Source of the DNA: Burkholderiales bacterium
Lineage (GTDB): Bacteria; Pseudomonadota; Gammaproteobacteria; Burkholderiales; JACQAP01
Reading direction: 5' to 3'
Assembly: GCA_046155535.1 (NCBI GenBank)
Contig: JBJXFN010000032.1
Location: forward strand, 1 to 59,661
DNA: 59,661 nt
In this document: piece by piece, positions 16,942 through 25,561 of the stretch
Position numbering within the stretch: position 1 is the stretch's first letter
How the letters are laid out: the number at the start of each line of letters is the position of its first letter
Program-made: the position numbers and the translations under genes
Notes under the pieces: generated by a model
Told to the model about the DNA's origin: nothing
What the model saw: the letters and a program-made list of their open reading frames with translations, nothing else
Database searches by the model: none

Positions 16942-18480
16942 ATGTTGAATTGGATCAAGGGATCGAAATCCGAACATCCTCTTGCAGAGGACAAGACGAC
17001 CCGCGAACTGCTGACCGAATTGCCGGCCAACGACCCGTTCAAAAGCCTGGAAGAACTTTCGCACTGGCTGGACTCCCTTATCGGCTCCGAGGATTTGAAG
17101 ATTTCCAGGAATCTGGAAGTCATCGACCTGATCGACCAGGCCGCGAAGCCGCATCTGCGCCGGTTATCGGTAGAGTACATTTCCGGCGGTGCGCGATTGC
17201 AGAAATTCCAGGAAATCCGCATCTGGAACTCGGTTTTCAAACTCTGGCGCAAACTTGCCGAAGCCTACCAATATTGCATCGCGTGTTACCACGCCGGAAC
17301 CGCCGGTGCGGGCGCCGTCAAGGGGCAGGTGCCCATGATGACGGCGCGCGCCTTGCGAGCTTTGAACAGTCAGCTCAAATGGCAGTACCTGCGCTATGGG
17401 CCCGTTGCCACCAGATTGTGGGAACAGTTCGGCTGGGCGTTCTCCTTTGCGGAAGAAAAGGGTTTCGTGCGTTCCAAGGTGACGGTGTATCCGGGTCCTT
17501 TTGGTGAATCGTCCATCGAGCGCGAATTTCTCAAAAGCCTGATGCTCGCGATGTCCTCGACCGACAGCTTGTTGCCGACCAAGCTGGAAATCGCCGAACG
17601 GGTGGTCGCCCAGTTTTCGGAGTTTTTCAAGTTGGAATTGCGCGCAGCGCAGGGTTGCCATTTTTACTTCGATCTGGCGCGCAATCGTCCGCCGGCCAGA
17701 CTGATGTCCGATCTGGCAATGCAACCGGGCATTCGCTTCTTTGGCCCGGGCACTGCGTCGGAAGAATTGGCGAAGGTCATAACGCTGGTCGAGCGTTCCG
17801 GGGCGGTGCCATCGAGCATCAACCTGGGCGGCACCTATGAACCGGAAATGGTGTTGGAGGTGCTGCGACATCTGGCCCTGTACTGGTCGCCGGTGCCGCC
17901 TGCCCGCATTTCCGAACGACACAACTCGGTTTCGCGGATCAGCGTCGTGCACGATTTCAATGAAATTGTCGACACGATATCCGGGGATACCGAGGATCTG
18001 TCGTTTGACAGCTCCATCGAAACCTGGATGGTCGAGAATGAAAGTGAAGGTGGATATGGTGCACTGCTGCCCTTTGCCAAAAGCGACTGGCTGAAAGTGG
18101 GAACCTTGCTCGGTGTAAAACTGGAAGGCGGTGCCGCATGGGGTGTCGGGGTGGTGCGGCGCCTGTCGGCTTATGACTTGAAGCAACGTTATGTCGGCAT
18201 TCAGTTGTTGTCCAAAGGAGGCGCAGTGGTCAAGGTAAGCACCTCGGACGTGACCGGCGCGCCGGGGAGGGAGAGCGCCGTGTTATTGCCCTCGAATGCG
18301 GCGGACAGCACCAAGAGTCCGGAAATGCAATTGCTGCTCAGGCCGGGAACATATTCCCCGCTAAAAAGCCTGGGGATGATCGCCTATGAACGGAGTTACG
18401 TCCTGATGCCGCGCAAGCTGCTGGAAAGCGGGGAGGACTTCGATCTGGTCCGAGTGAAGGTCATGCAACGAGCGCAATAA
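16942..18480 (+). CDS. Conserved protein with C-terminal PilZ-like motifs (FimW-like candidate c-di-GMP receptor)
   Basis: RISER (RxxxR) followed by NESEGG (N/DxSxxG); helical N-terminus; TATAAT at 16901 upstream. Confidence 0.55.
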   Translation: MLNWIKGSKSEHPLAEDKTTRELLTELPANDPFKSLEELSHWLDSLIGSEDLKISRNLEVIDLIDQAAKPHLRRLSVEYISGGARLQKFQEIRIWNSVFKLWRKLAEAYQYCIACYHAGTAGAGAVKGQVPMMTARALRALNSQLKWQYLRYGPVATRLWEQFGWAFSFAEEKGFVRSKVTVYPGPFGESSIEREFLKSLMLAMSSTDSLLPTKLEIAERVVAQFSEFFKLELRAAQGCHFYFDLARNRPPARLMSDLAMQPGIRFFGPGTASEELAKVITLVERSGAVPSSINLGGTYEPEMVLEVLRHLALYWSPVPPARISERHNSVSRISVVHDFNEIVDTISGDTEDLSFDSSIETWMVENESEGGYGALLPFAKSDWLKVGTLLGVKLEGGAAWGVGVVRRLSAYDLKQRYVGIQLLSKGGAVVKVSTSDVTGAPGRESAVLLPSNAADSTKSPEMQLLLRPGTYSPLKSLGMIAYERSYVLMPRKLLESGEDFDLVRVKVMQRAQ

Positions 18481-18500
18481 ATTGCAGGCGGCCGCCCTGG

Positions 18501-19166
18501 TCACACCAGAATACGTCGCAGCCAGACGCCGATATCCGTAATTTCCTCGGGACACACCGAGTGCGGCATCGGGTACTGGTGCCACTCCACTGCATAGCCC
18601 AGCGCCGACAGGCGCTCACGTGCCGCCGTCCCGAGTTTCATCGGCACCACATTGTCGGTGCTGCCATGCGCGATGAACACCGGCACACCGTGGTTCGACG
18701 CATGGCGTTCCTTCTCCAGGGTGTCGGATAGCGGTAGATAGGCCGACAGCGACATGATGCCGGCCAGCCGGTTTGCGTGGCGTAACCCGGTATGCAGGGC
18801 CATCACGCCTCCCTGGGAAAATCCCGCCAGAACGATACGATGCGCGGGGATAGAGCGCTGCACTTCGTGTTCGATCAATTTTTCGATCAATGCGGCAGAT
18901 TGGCGAATGCCTTTCTCGTCCGGCCTGCGGTCCAGGTCCTGGCCGGTGATGTCATACCAGGCGCGCATCACGAATCCGCCATTGATGCTCACCGGTTGCA
19001 TCGGGGCGTGTGGGAACACGAAACGCACGCCAAAGGCCGGCAATTTGAGTTCGGGCACCACGGGCGCAAAATCATTGCCGTCCGCACCCAGGCCGTGCAG
19101 CCAGATCACGGCGTGGGTCGGTTTGGGCCGGGTTTCTATTTCTATTGCTTGCAGCAGTTCTGTCAT
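18501..19166 (-). CDS. Phospholipase/carboxylesterase (alpha/beta hydrolase)
   Basis: WLHGLGADG, MRAWYDI, GFSQGG, HG..D.VVP, Y.MPHSV. Confidence 0.93.
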   Translation of the reverse strand: MTELLQAIEIETRPKPTHAVIWLHGLGADGNDFAPVVPELKLPAFGVRFVFPHAPMQPVSINGGFVMRAWYDITGQDLDRRPDEKGIRQSAALIEKLIEHEVQRSIPAHRIVLAGFSQGGVMALHTGLRHANRLAGIMSLSAYLPLSDTLEKERHASNHGVPVFIAHGSTDNVVPMKLGTAARERLSALGYAVEWHQYPMPHSVCPEEITDIGVWLRRILV

Positions 19167-19178
19167 GAAAAGAGTTCC

Positions 19179-19310
19179 TTGCCGCAGAGGCACAAAGGCA
19201 CGGAGGTTGCGCGAAGTGATTCGGATAGGGTCGATTCGTCGATGGGTGGCGCGTCCCTGGCATTCATTTTCTTCTCATCCTTTGCTTTGGTTCTGCGCCT
19301 TGGCGGTAAA
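19179..19310. repeat. Degenerate inverted-repeat element C (8-nt unit arms) between mog and the esterase
   Basis: left ttgccgcagaggcacaaaggcacggagg; right arm reverse complement tttaccgccaaggcgcagaaccaaagcaaagg. Confidence 0.6.
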
Positions 19311-19313
19311 GGT

Positions 19314-19907
19314 TCAGGTCTTCGGGCGGATCGCGGATTTCGGCCGGAAGGACTTGACGATGGTTTCGTCGGTCTCGATGTATGGCCCGCCGATCAAGTC
19401 TATGCAGTAAGGGACCGCGGCGAATATGCCGGGGACCTTCTGTTTGCCCTCGGCGTCTTTCAGGCCTTCCAGGGTTTCCTTGATGGATTTGGGTTGGCCG
19501 GGAAGAGTGATGATCAGCGTTCGTCCGCGGATGACACCGACCTGGCGCGACAGGATTGCGGTAGGAACAAAATTCAAACTGATCTGGCGCATTTGTTCGC
19601 CGAAGCCGGGCATTTCCCGATCGGCCACGGCGAGTGTTGCTTCGGGCGTGACGTCTCGCGGGGCCGGACCGGTGCCACCGGTGGTCAACACCAGATGGCA
19701 GCCCTCCGCGTCGCACAATGCCTTCAGCGTGGCCTCGATCTGCGGGCGTTCGTCCGGAATCAACCGGGTCAGCACGCGGCGGGGGGTCGTTATCACGCGA
19801 CCCAGCCATTCTTCGAGCGCGGGGATCCCCTCGTCCTTGTAAACGCCTTTGGATGCCCGGTCGCTGATGGACACCAGGCCGATGATCACTTGTTCGTTTT
19901 CGGTCAT
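19314..19907 (-). CDS. mog: Molybdopterin adenylyltransferase
   Basis: SISDRAS.GVY.DEGIPAL, TTGGTGPAPRDVTPEAT, MPGFGEQMR, LPGQPKSI. Confidence 0.96.
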   Translation of the reverse strand: MTENEQVIIGLVSISDRASKGVYKDEGIPALEEWLGRVITTPRRVLTRLIPDERPQIEATLKALCDAEGCHLVLTTGGTGPAPRDVTPEATLAVADREMPGFGEQMRQISLNFVPTAILSRQVGVIRGRTLIITLPGQPKSIKETLEGLKDAEGKQKVPGIFAAVPYCIDLIGGPYIETDETIVKSFRPKSAIRPKT

Positions 19908-19917
19908 GAAACCATTG

Positions 19918-20076
19918 AAACACGGAGGACACGGAGAACACGGAGAAAAAACTGAATGCCCGCAGGATCTGCGCGGGTAACAAAAATATCGCTTGTTGCC
20001 TGGTCAACTCGACTGCGCTGTCTTTCTCCAGTCTCTATAGTGGGTTTCCTCCGTGATCTCCGTGTCCTCCGTGGTT
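19918..20076. repeat. Inverted-repeat element D (arms of 3x 9-nt ACGGAG-type units)
   Basis: left aaacacggaggacacggagaacacggagaaaa (19918-19949); right tttcctccgtgatctccgtgtcctccgtggtt (20045-20076), overlapping the yjgA stop codon. Confidence 0.92.
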
Positions 20077-20572
20077 AATTGCTTCGGGAGTTCAGAATTT
20101 CCCGCAGTTCCTGGAACAGTTCGCGAAAGTTCTTCGGCGGTTTTCCCGCAGCGTATTCCATCCTGGTGTTGCGGATCAAGGTGCGCAGGCGCTGGGCATC
20201 CGCGCCCGGAAAATCATCCAGAAATTCCTGCAATGCCGGATCCTCGGCGAGCAGGCGGGTGCGCCAGTGTTCGATCCGGTGGAGTTGCGCCGTATCCTGG
20301 CGCGAAACGCCGCTCCAGATGTCGAGTTGACGGCGAATGGCGTCGCCGTCGCTGTCTTCGCGCATCAGGCGGCCGATGTATTGCATTTGTCTGCTCAGGG
20401 CGCCGAACTTTGTGATGTTCCTGGCTTCCAGCACTGCATCGAGCAGCCGCTCCGAAAGATTCAGTTGCCGCAACTTGTCCGCGGGCAGGGCCACCAACTC
20501 CTCGCCGATGTCCTGCAATGCATGGTCGAGCTTTTTGCGCTGCGTCTTGCTTAGGGGCAGGTCGTCAGACAT
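20075..20572 (-). CDS. yjgA: Ribosome biogenesis factor YjgA/DarP (DUF615)
   Basis: SKTQRKK, LQDIGEELV, RQMQYIGRLMR, LR.LIRN, RELFQ; divergent from pmbA. Confidence 0.93.
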   Translation of the reverse strand: MSDDLPLSKTQRKKLDHALQDIGEELVALPADKLRQLNLSERLLDAVLEARNITKFGALSRQMQYIGRLMREDSDGDAIRRQLDIWSGVSRQDTAQLHRIEHWRTRLLAEDPALQEFLDDFPGADAQRLRTLIRNTRMEYAAGKPPKNFRELFQELREILNSRSN

Positions 20573-20665
20573 TGCGACGAGTCAGGGAGTGGATGGTGAA
20601 TCAACTGGTATCATAGCGAAAAAATCTCCCGCCGCGCCTCCCTTTCTTGTGCATCGACTCCATTC

Positions 20666-22030
20666 GTGAATTCCATTCCGATTTCGCAGCATTCCGACCA
20701 GACCTTTGCCAGCGACCCGTCTCTGCTGCGCCAGATTGCCCACGATGTGCTTGCGCACGCCCGGGCGGAAGGCGCCAGTGCGGCCGAAACCGAAGTCAGC
20801 GAATCTTTCGGGCAAAACGTGACGGTGCGCCGGGGCGAAGTGGAGACCATCGAATACAACCGGGACAAGGGTCTGGGCGTCACGGTCTATATCGGCAAGA
20901 GCCGAGGCCATGCCAGCAGCTCGGATTTTTCCGGCAAGGCGATCCGCGACACGGTGCAGGCCGCCTTGTCGATTGCACGACTGACCGCTGCGGATGAATT
21001 CTCCGGGCTGGCGGAGCCGGAGTTGCTGGCGACCGAGTTTCCGGACCTCGAATTGTATTTCCCCTGGGAATTGACGGTGGAGCAAGCCATTGAAAAGGCG
21101 CGGGCCTGCGAAGACGCAGCATTTGCTGCGGACCCGTCGATCAGCAATTCCGAAGGTGCGAGTGTTTCGGTGCAGCAGGCGCAGTTCGTGTACGGGAATT
21201 CGAGTGGTTTTCTTGCCGGATATCCGAGTTCCCGGCACAGTATTTCCTGCGCTGTCATTGCCGGCAAGGACGACGCAATGCAGCGGGACGACTGGTACAC
21301 CAGCGCCCGCGACCCCGCGGACTTGGATTCGGAAATACAAGTTGGCACGCGCGCCGGAAAACGCGCGGCACGGCGAGTGGGCGCCCGCAAGTTGCCCACC
21401 GCCAAGGCGCCCGTCCTCTACGAGGCGCCGGTCGCGGGCGGACTGCTGGGCCACTTCGTAGCCGCCGTCAGCGGGGGCAGCCTGTATCGCAAGTCCTCTT
21501 TCTTGCTCGATTGCATCGGCAAGCAGGTGTTTGCGCCGGGTATCCGGATTCGCGACCTGCCGCATATCCGGAAAGGCCTGGCCAGCAGTGCTTTCGACGA
21601 CGAAGGCGTAGCCACCCGGGCGCGCGACATTGTGGAGCGCGGGATGTTGCAGGGCTATTTTCTGGGCAGCTATTCGGCGCGCAAGCTGGGCATGCAGACC
21701 ACAGGCAACGCCGGCGGCAATCACAATCTGCTTCTGGATCCCACGGCAGGAGACCTGGCGACGCTGATGAAAATGATGGGCCGCGGATTTCTGGTGACCG
21801 ACCTGCTGGGGCAGGGCATCAACATGGTGACTGGCGATTACTCCCGGGGCGCAGCCGGATTCTGGATCGAAGACGGCGAAATTGCGTTTCCGGTGCAGGA
21901 AGTCACCATTGCCGGCAACCTGCGGGACATGTTTCGAAATATCGTTGCGGTCGGCAACGACATCGAAGTTCGTGGATCGCGCCGGTGCGGCTCTGTTCTG
22001 GTCGAGGGCATGACGATGGCAGGAGAATGA
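20666..22030 (+). CDS. pmbA: Metalloprotease component PmbA/TldE
   Basis: VRRGEVETIEYNRDK, MQRDDWY, GGSLYRKSSFL, FDDEGV, TGDYSRGA.GFW, TIAGNL. Confidence 0.96.
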   Translation: MNSIPISQHSDQTFASDPSLLRQIAHDVLAHARAEGASAAETEVSESFGQNVTVRRGEVETIEYNRDKGLGVTVYIGKSRGHASSSDFSGKAIRDTVQAALSIARLTAADEFSGLAEPELLATEFPDLELYFPWELTVEQAIEKARACEDAAFAADPSISNSEGASVSVQQAQFVYGNSSGFLAGYPSSRHSISCAVIAGKDDAMQRDDWYTSARDPADLDSEIQVGTRAGKRAARRVGARKLPTAKAPVLYEAPVAGGLLGHFVAAVSGGSLYRKSSFLLDCIGKQVFAPGIRIRDLPHIRKGLASSAFDDEGVATRARDIVERGMLQGYFLGSYSARKLGMQTTGNAGGNHNLLLDPTAGDLATLMKMMGRGFLVTDLLGQGINMVTGDYSRGAAGFWIEDGEIAFPVQEVTIAGNLRDMFRNIVAVGNDIEVRGSRRCGSVLVEGMTMAGE

Positions 22031-22032
22031 AG

Positions 22033-22129
22033 ACGGTGAACGGTAAATGGTGAACGGTGAATGGTGAATGGTGAAAAACCCTCACCCCTCAATCCGCAAT
22101 CCCGAACCCAGACTCTCGAATTCTCGAAT
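22033..22129. repeat. 7-nt tandem arrays right after the pmbA stop: 6x A(C/T)GGTGA then degenerate CCCTCAC/TCCCGAA-type units
   Basis: acggtga acggtaa atggtga acggtga atggtga atggtga aaa, then ccctcac ccctcaa tccgcaa tcccgaa cccagac tctcgaa. Confidence 0.85.
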
Positions 22130-22135
22130 TTCTTC

Positions 22136-22771
22136 ATGCTCTCGCCATCCAACATGCTCGCAGCGCTGCTTCGGGCAGCACTGGCGACCCTCTTGTTCGG
22201 CGGGTTGGCGGCGTGCGGCGACAAAATTCCGTCCTTGCCGAAGTTGGGTCAGAGTGACGTGGTGCTTGCCTTCGGGGACAGCCTGACCTACGGCACCGGT
22301 GCGGGCGAACAGGAGAGTTATCCCCGAATACTGGCGAGGTTGATCGGACGCGAGGTCGTGGGCGCCGGGGTGCCGGGCGAGGTGAGCGCAGAGGGACTGG
22401 AACGCCTGCCGGGTGTGATAGAGGAATTCAAGCCGAAACTTCTGCTGCTCTGCCTGGGCGGTAACGACATGCTGCGCAAAATCGACAGCGCGGTCACCGA
22501 GTCCAATTTGCGCGCGATGGTGCGCCTGGCCAGGGAACGGGGGGTCGCGGTAATGTTGATTGGTGTGCCGCAGCCCGTGCTCTTCGGTGGCAACGCTGCG
22601 TTCTATGAGAAGATCGCTGAGGAACTTGCCGTTCCCATCGAAAACAAGGTGCTTCAGGAAGTGTTGTTCGACAAAAAACTCAAGTCCGACACGATTCATC
22701 CCAACGCCGAAGGCTACCGGCAAATGGCCGAAGCCATCGCCGGGTTGCTTCGCAAGGCCGGGGCAATTTGA
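22136..22771 (+). CDS. GDSL/SGNH arylesterase lipoprotein (TesA-like)
   Basis: LAAC lipobox, AFGDSLT, GGND, D.IHPN. Confidence 0.9.
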   Translation: MLSPSNMLAALLRAALATLLFGGLAACGDKIPSLPKLGQSDVVLAFGDSLTYGTGAGEQESYPRILARLIGREVVGAGVPGEVSAEGLERLPGVIEEFKPKLLLLCLGGNDMLRKIDSAVTESNLRAMVRLARERGVAVMLIGVPQPVLFGGNAAFYEKIAEELAVPIENKVLQEVLFDKKLKSDTIHPNAEGYRQMAEAIAGLLRKAGAI

Positions 22772-22800
22772 ATTGGGGGCAAATGCTGCAAAACAACGCG

Positions 22801-22944
22801 TTCACCGCAGTGGACGTGGAAAAAAGTCGCAGAGAGTGCGGGAAGGGTTATTCGAAATTCACACGAGTATGAAAACAGAAACATTGATTCCCTTCCGTAC
22901 CAATGTCTGCGTCGAAAAGGCGTTGGAAAAATTCCCTCGCTGAG
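22801..22944. repeat. Possible highly degenerate member of the inverted-repeat element family
   Basis: ttcaccgcag..cgcagagagtgcgggaaggg on the left can pair with cccttccg..tctgcg on the right; AT-rich centre; intergenic. Confidence 0.3.
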
Positions 22945-22946
22945 TC

Positions 22947-23756
22947 ATGGCCAAGGCAAGGCAGGCGCTGCAGCTCCATGATGTCACCTGCACCTTTGGT
23001 GCGCGCGCGGGCATCCCTGCCTATACCGCGGTGGAAAACGTCGATATCGCGGTGGCGGAAGGCGAATTCGTATCGGTCGTCGGGCCCACCGGCTGCGGAA
23101 AATCCACGCTACTGAATGTCGCGGCAGGATTGCTCGCCCCCACGCGCGGCAGCGTGCAGGTGTTCGGTGAGCCGCTACGGGAGATCAATTCGCGTGCCGG
23201 TTATATGTTCCAGAGTGATGCTTTGATGCCGTGGCGCACAACACGCGAAAACGTCGCCGCCGGGCTCGAATTTCGCGGGGTGACGCCCAGCGAGATCGGC
23301 GCCGGGGTGGAGGACTGGTTGCGGCGCGTGGGCCTTGCCGCCCATGGGGGAAAATATCCGCATCAGCTTTCCGGCGGGATGCGCAAACGGGCTGCACTGG
23401 CGCAAACCTTGATTCTCGATCCCAAAATCCTGTTGATGGACGAGCCGTTTTCGGCGCTGGACGTGCAAACCCGCAGCCTGATGGAGAACGAACTGCTGGC
23501 ACTCTGGCAGCAGGATCGCAAGTCAGTGTTGTTTGTCACCCACGACCTGGAAGAGGCCATTGCGCTGTCGGATCGGGTAGTGCTGCTGTCCGCTGGTCCC
23601 GCCAGCAGGCCGATTGGGGAATTCCCGATCGACCTGCCGCGCCCGCGCGACGTGGCGGAAATTCGCCTGACCCCCGGTTTTCTCGAATTGCACAGGCGCA
23701 TCTGGGATGCCTTGCGCGACGAAGTGCAGAAGGCCTACGCCCATGCTCTGGACTAA
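22947..23756 (+). CDS. NitT/TauT family ABC transporter ATP-binding protein
   Basis: GPTGCGKST, LSGGM, LLMDEPFSALD, VTHDLEEA. Confidence 0.95.
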   Translation: MAKARQALQLHDVTCTFGARAGIPAYTAVENVDIAVAEGEFVSVVGPTGCGKSTLLNVAAGLLAPTRGSVQVFGEPLREINSRAGYMFQSDALMPWRTTRENVAAGLEFRGVTPSEIGAGVEDWLRRVGLAAHGGKYPHQLSGGMRKRAALAQTLILDPKILLMDEPFSALDVQTRSLMENELLALWQQDRKSVLFVTHDLEEAIALSDRVVLLSAGPASRPIGEFPIDLPRPRDVAEIRLTPGFLELHRRIWDALRDEVQKAYAHALD

Positions 23757-23774
23757 GCTTGAAACCACAATTCC

Positions 23775-23904
23775 GCCACAGAGAACACAGAGAACACAGA
23801 GAGAGATTTAGGGGTTTGGGCCAGAATGCTGCACCGACCACGGCAAGCATCAAAGACAATGTTCATTCCTGATATTTCTCTGTGAACTCTGCGTCCTCTG
23901 TGGC
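23775..23904. repeat. Inverted-repeat element G (arms of 3x 9-nt ACAGAG-type units)
   Basis: left gccacagagaacacagagaacacagagaga (23775-23804); right tttctctgtgaactctgcgtcctctgtggc (23875-23904). Confidence 0.92.
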
Positions 23905-23931
23905 AAAAGGACTTTTTTTACGGATTGATCG

Positions 23932-24738
23932 ATGAAAGGCGCCGACCGTTCTTTGTCACCCGTCACCCGTCACTCGTCACTGGTTTTCTGGCAAGTGGCG
24001 CTTTTGCTGGGATTGTTCGGGCTGTGGCATGTGCTTACCCAAATGGAGGTGCTGCCGAAGTTTTTCTTCGGTGAGCCGCTGGTGGTTCTGCGCCGCGTCT
24101 GGGACTGGTTTGCCAGCGGAAAGATTTTTCCACACCTCGGCATCACGCTCCTGGAAACCCTGTTGGCCTTTGTGCTGGGCACCGTCCTGGGCTTGGTGTT
24201 CGGCCTGTGGCTGGCGCTGTCGGATTCTGCCGCGCGCCTGTTCGACCCTTACATCACTGCGCTGAATTCCATGCCACGCGTGATCCTGGCGCCAATTTTT
24301 GCGGTGTGGTTCGGGCTGGGCATCTGGTCCAAGGTATTGCTCGGCATCACGCTGGTGTTTTTCATCGTGTTTTTCAGCGTCTACAATGGCGTGCGGGAAG
24401 TCAGTCCGACCGTGCTGGCCAATGCACGCATGTTGGGCGCGTCAGGGAGGCAACTTCTGCAGCATGTGTATCTGCCCAGCGCCACCGCCTGGGTGTTCTC
24501 CAGCCTGCACGCTTCCGTGGGGATGGCGTTTGTGGGCGCGGTGGTGGGTGAGTACCTCGGCTCCGCCAAGGGCGTGGGGTACCTGATCTTGCAGGCCGAA
24601 GGGGTATTCGATATCAATACCGTGTTCGCGGGCGTGCTGGTTCTCACCGGTTGCGCGCTGGTGCTGGATCGAATTGTCACGCTGGTCGAACGACGACTGC
24701 TCCGCTGGCATCCGGGCCGCGTGTCGGCGGATGCCTGA
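23932..24738 (+). CDS. NitT/TauT family ABC transporter permease
   Basis: NSMPRVILAP, EAA-like loop ARMLGAS, GAVVGEYLG; multiple TM. Confidence 0.93.
   Translation: MKGADRSLSPVTRHSSLVFWQVALLLGLFGLWHVLTQMEVLPKFFFGEPLVVLRRVWDWFASGKIFPHLGITLLETLLAFVLGTVLGLVFGLWLALSDSAARLFDPYITALNSMPRVILAPIFAVWFGLGIWSKVLLGITLVFFIVFFSVYNGVREVSPTVLANARMLGASGRQLLQHVYLPSATAWVFSSLHASVGMAFVGAVVGEYLGSAKGVGYLILQAEGVFDINTVFAGVLVLTGCALVLDRIVTLVERRLLRWHPGRVSADA
23955..23982 (+). repeat. 4x 7-nt GTCAC(C/T)(C/G) array inside the permease N-terminus
   Basis: gtcaccc gtcaccc gtcactc gtcactg encodes SPVTRHSSL. Confidence 0.8.
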
Positions 24739-24841
24739 TCGCCCGGAAAGGCAGACGCTGCCTGCTCAGGCGAATGGCGTTGTACCGGCACAAGGGGAAT
24801 ATGTTGGAAACATGGAGCCCCGTGGCAATCGGGAAACCTGA

Positions 24842-25537
24842 ATGATCAACAAGATTGTTTCGACAATGGCGCAAGCGATGGCCGGCATCCACGACGGTGC
24901 GACCATCATGATCGGAGGATTTGGCGGGGCGGGGCAGCCGGCGCAGCTGATCGAGGGACTGATCGAACAGGGCGCGAAAGACCTGACCATCGTGAACAAC
25001 AATGCCGGCAATGGGGAAACCGGCCTAGCGGCGCTGCTCAAGGCCAGGCGCGTGCGCAAGATCTACTGCTCCTTTCCGCGACAAACGGACTCACACGTAT
25101 TCGATGCGCTTTATCGCGCCGGAGAGATCGAACTGGAACTGGTGCCGCAGGGCAATCTTGCCGAGCGTATCCGCGCGGCAGGGGCGGGCATCGGTGGTTT
25201 TTTCACCGCGACCGGTTACGGCACGGACCTGGCGAAGGGCAAGGAAACCCGCATGATCAACGGCCGTGGCCATGTCCTGGAAATGCCCATCCATGCGGAC
25301 TTCGCGTTGATCAAGGCGGAAGCCGCGGACCGTTGGGGCAACCTGGTGTATCGCAAGACCGCGCGAAATTTCGGTCCGATCATGGCCACTGCCGCGCGCT
25401 GCACGATTGTGCAGATCAACAGTGTGGTGGAACTGGGCGCGCTCGATCCGGAAACGATTATTACGCCGGGTTTGTATGTCAATCGCATCGTCCGGATTCC
25501 TGATGCAGCCAGAACAGTTCTCGATAATGCCGCCTGA
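24842..25537 (+). CDS. pcaI: 3-oxoadipate CoA-transferase subunit A
   Basis: IGGFG, NNNAGNG, CSFPRQ.DS, PQGNLAERIRA.GAG, KTARNFGP. Confidence 0.92.
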   Translation: MINKIVSTMAQAMAGIHDGATIMIGGFGGAGQPAQLIEGLIEQGAKDLTIVNNNAGNGETGLAALLKARRVRKIYCSFPRQTDSHVFDALYRAGEIELELVPQGNLAERIRAAGAGIGGFFTATGYGTDLAKGKETRMINGRGHVLEMPIHADFALIKAEAADRWGNLVYRKTARNFGPIMATAARCTIVQINSVVELGALDPETIITPGLYVNRIVRIPDAARTVLDNAA

Positions 25538-25561
25538 AATGACGAATCCGGAAGCCCCGAC

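Noticed and set aside
1275-23982. Short tandem arrays as CRISPR repeats
   Set aside because: Units are 7-9 nt and contiguous, with no unique spacers and no cas genes
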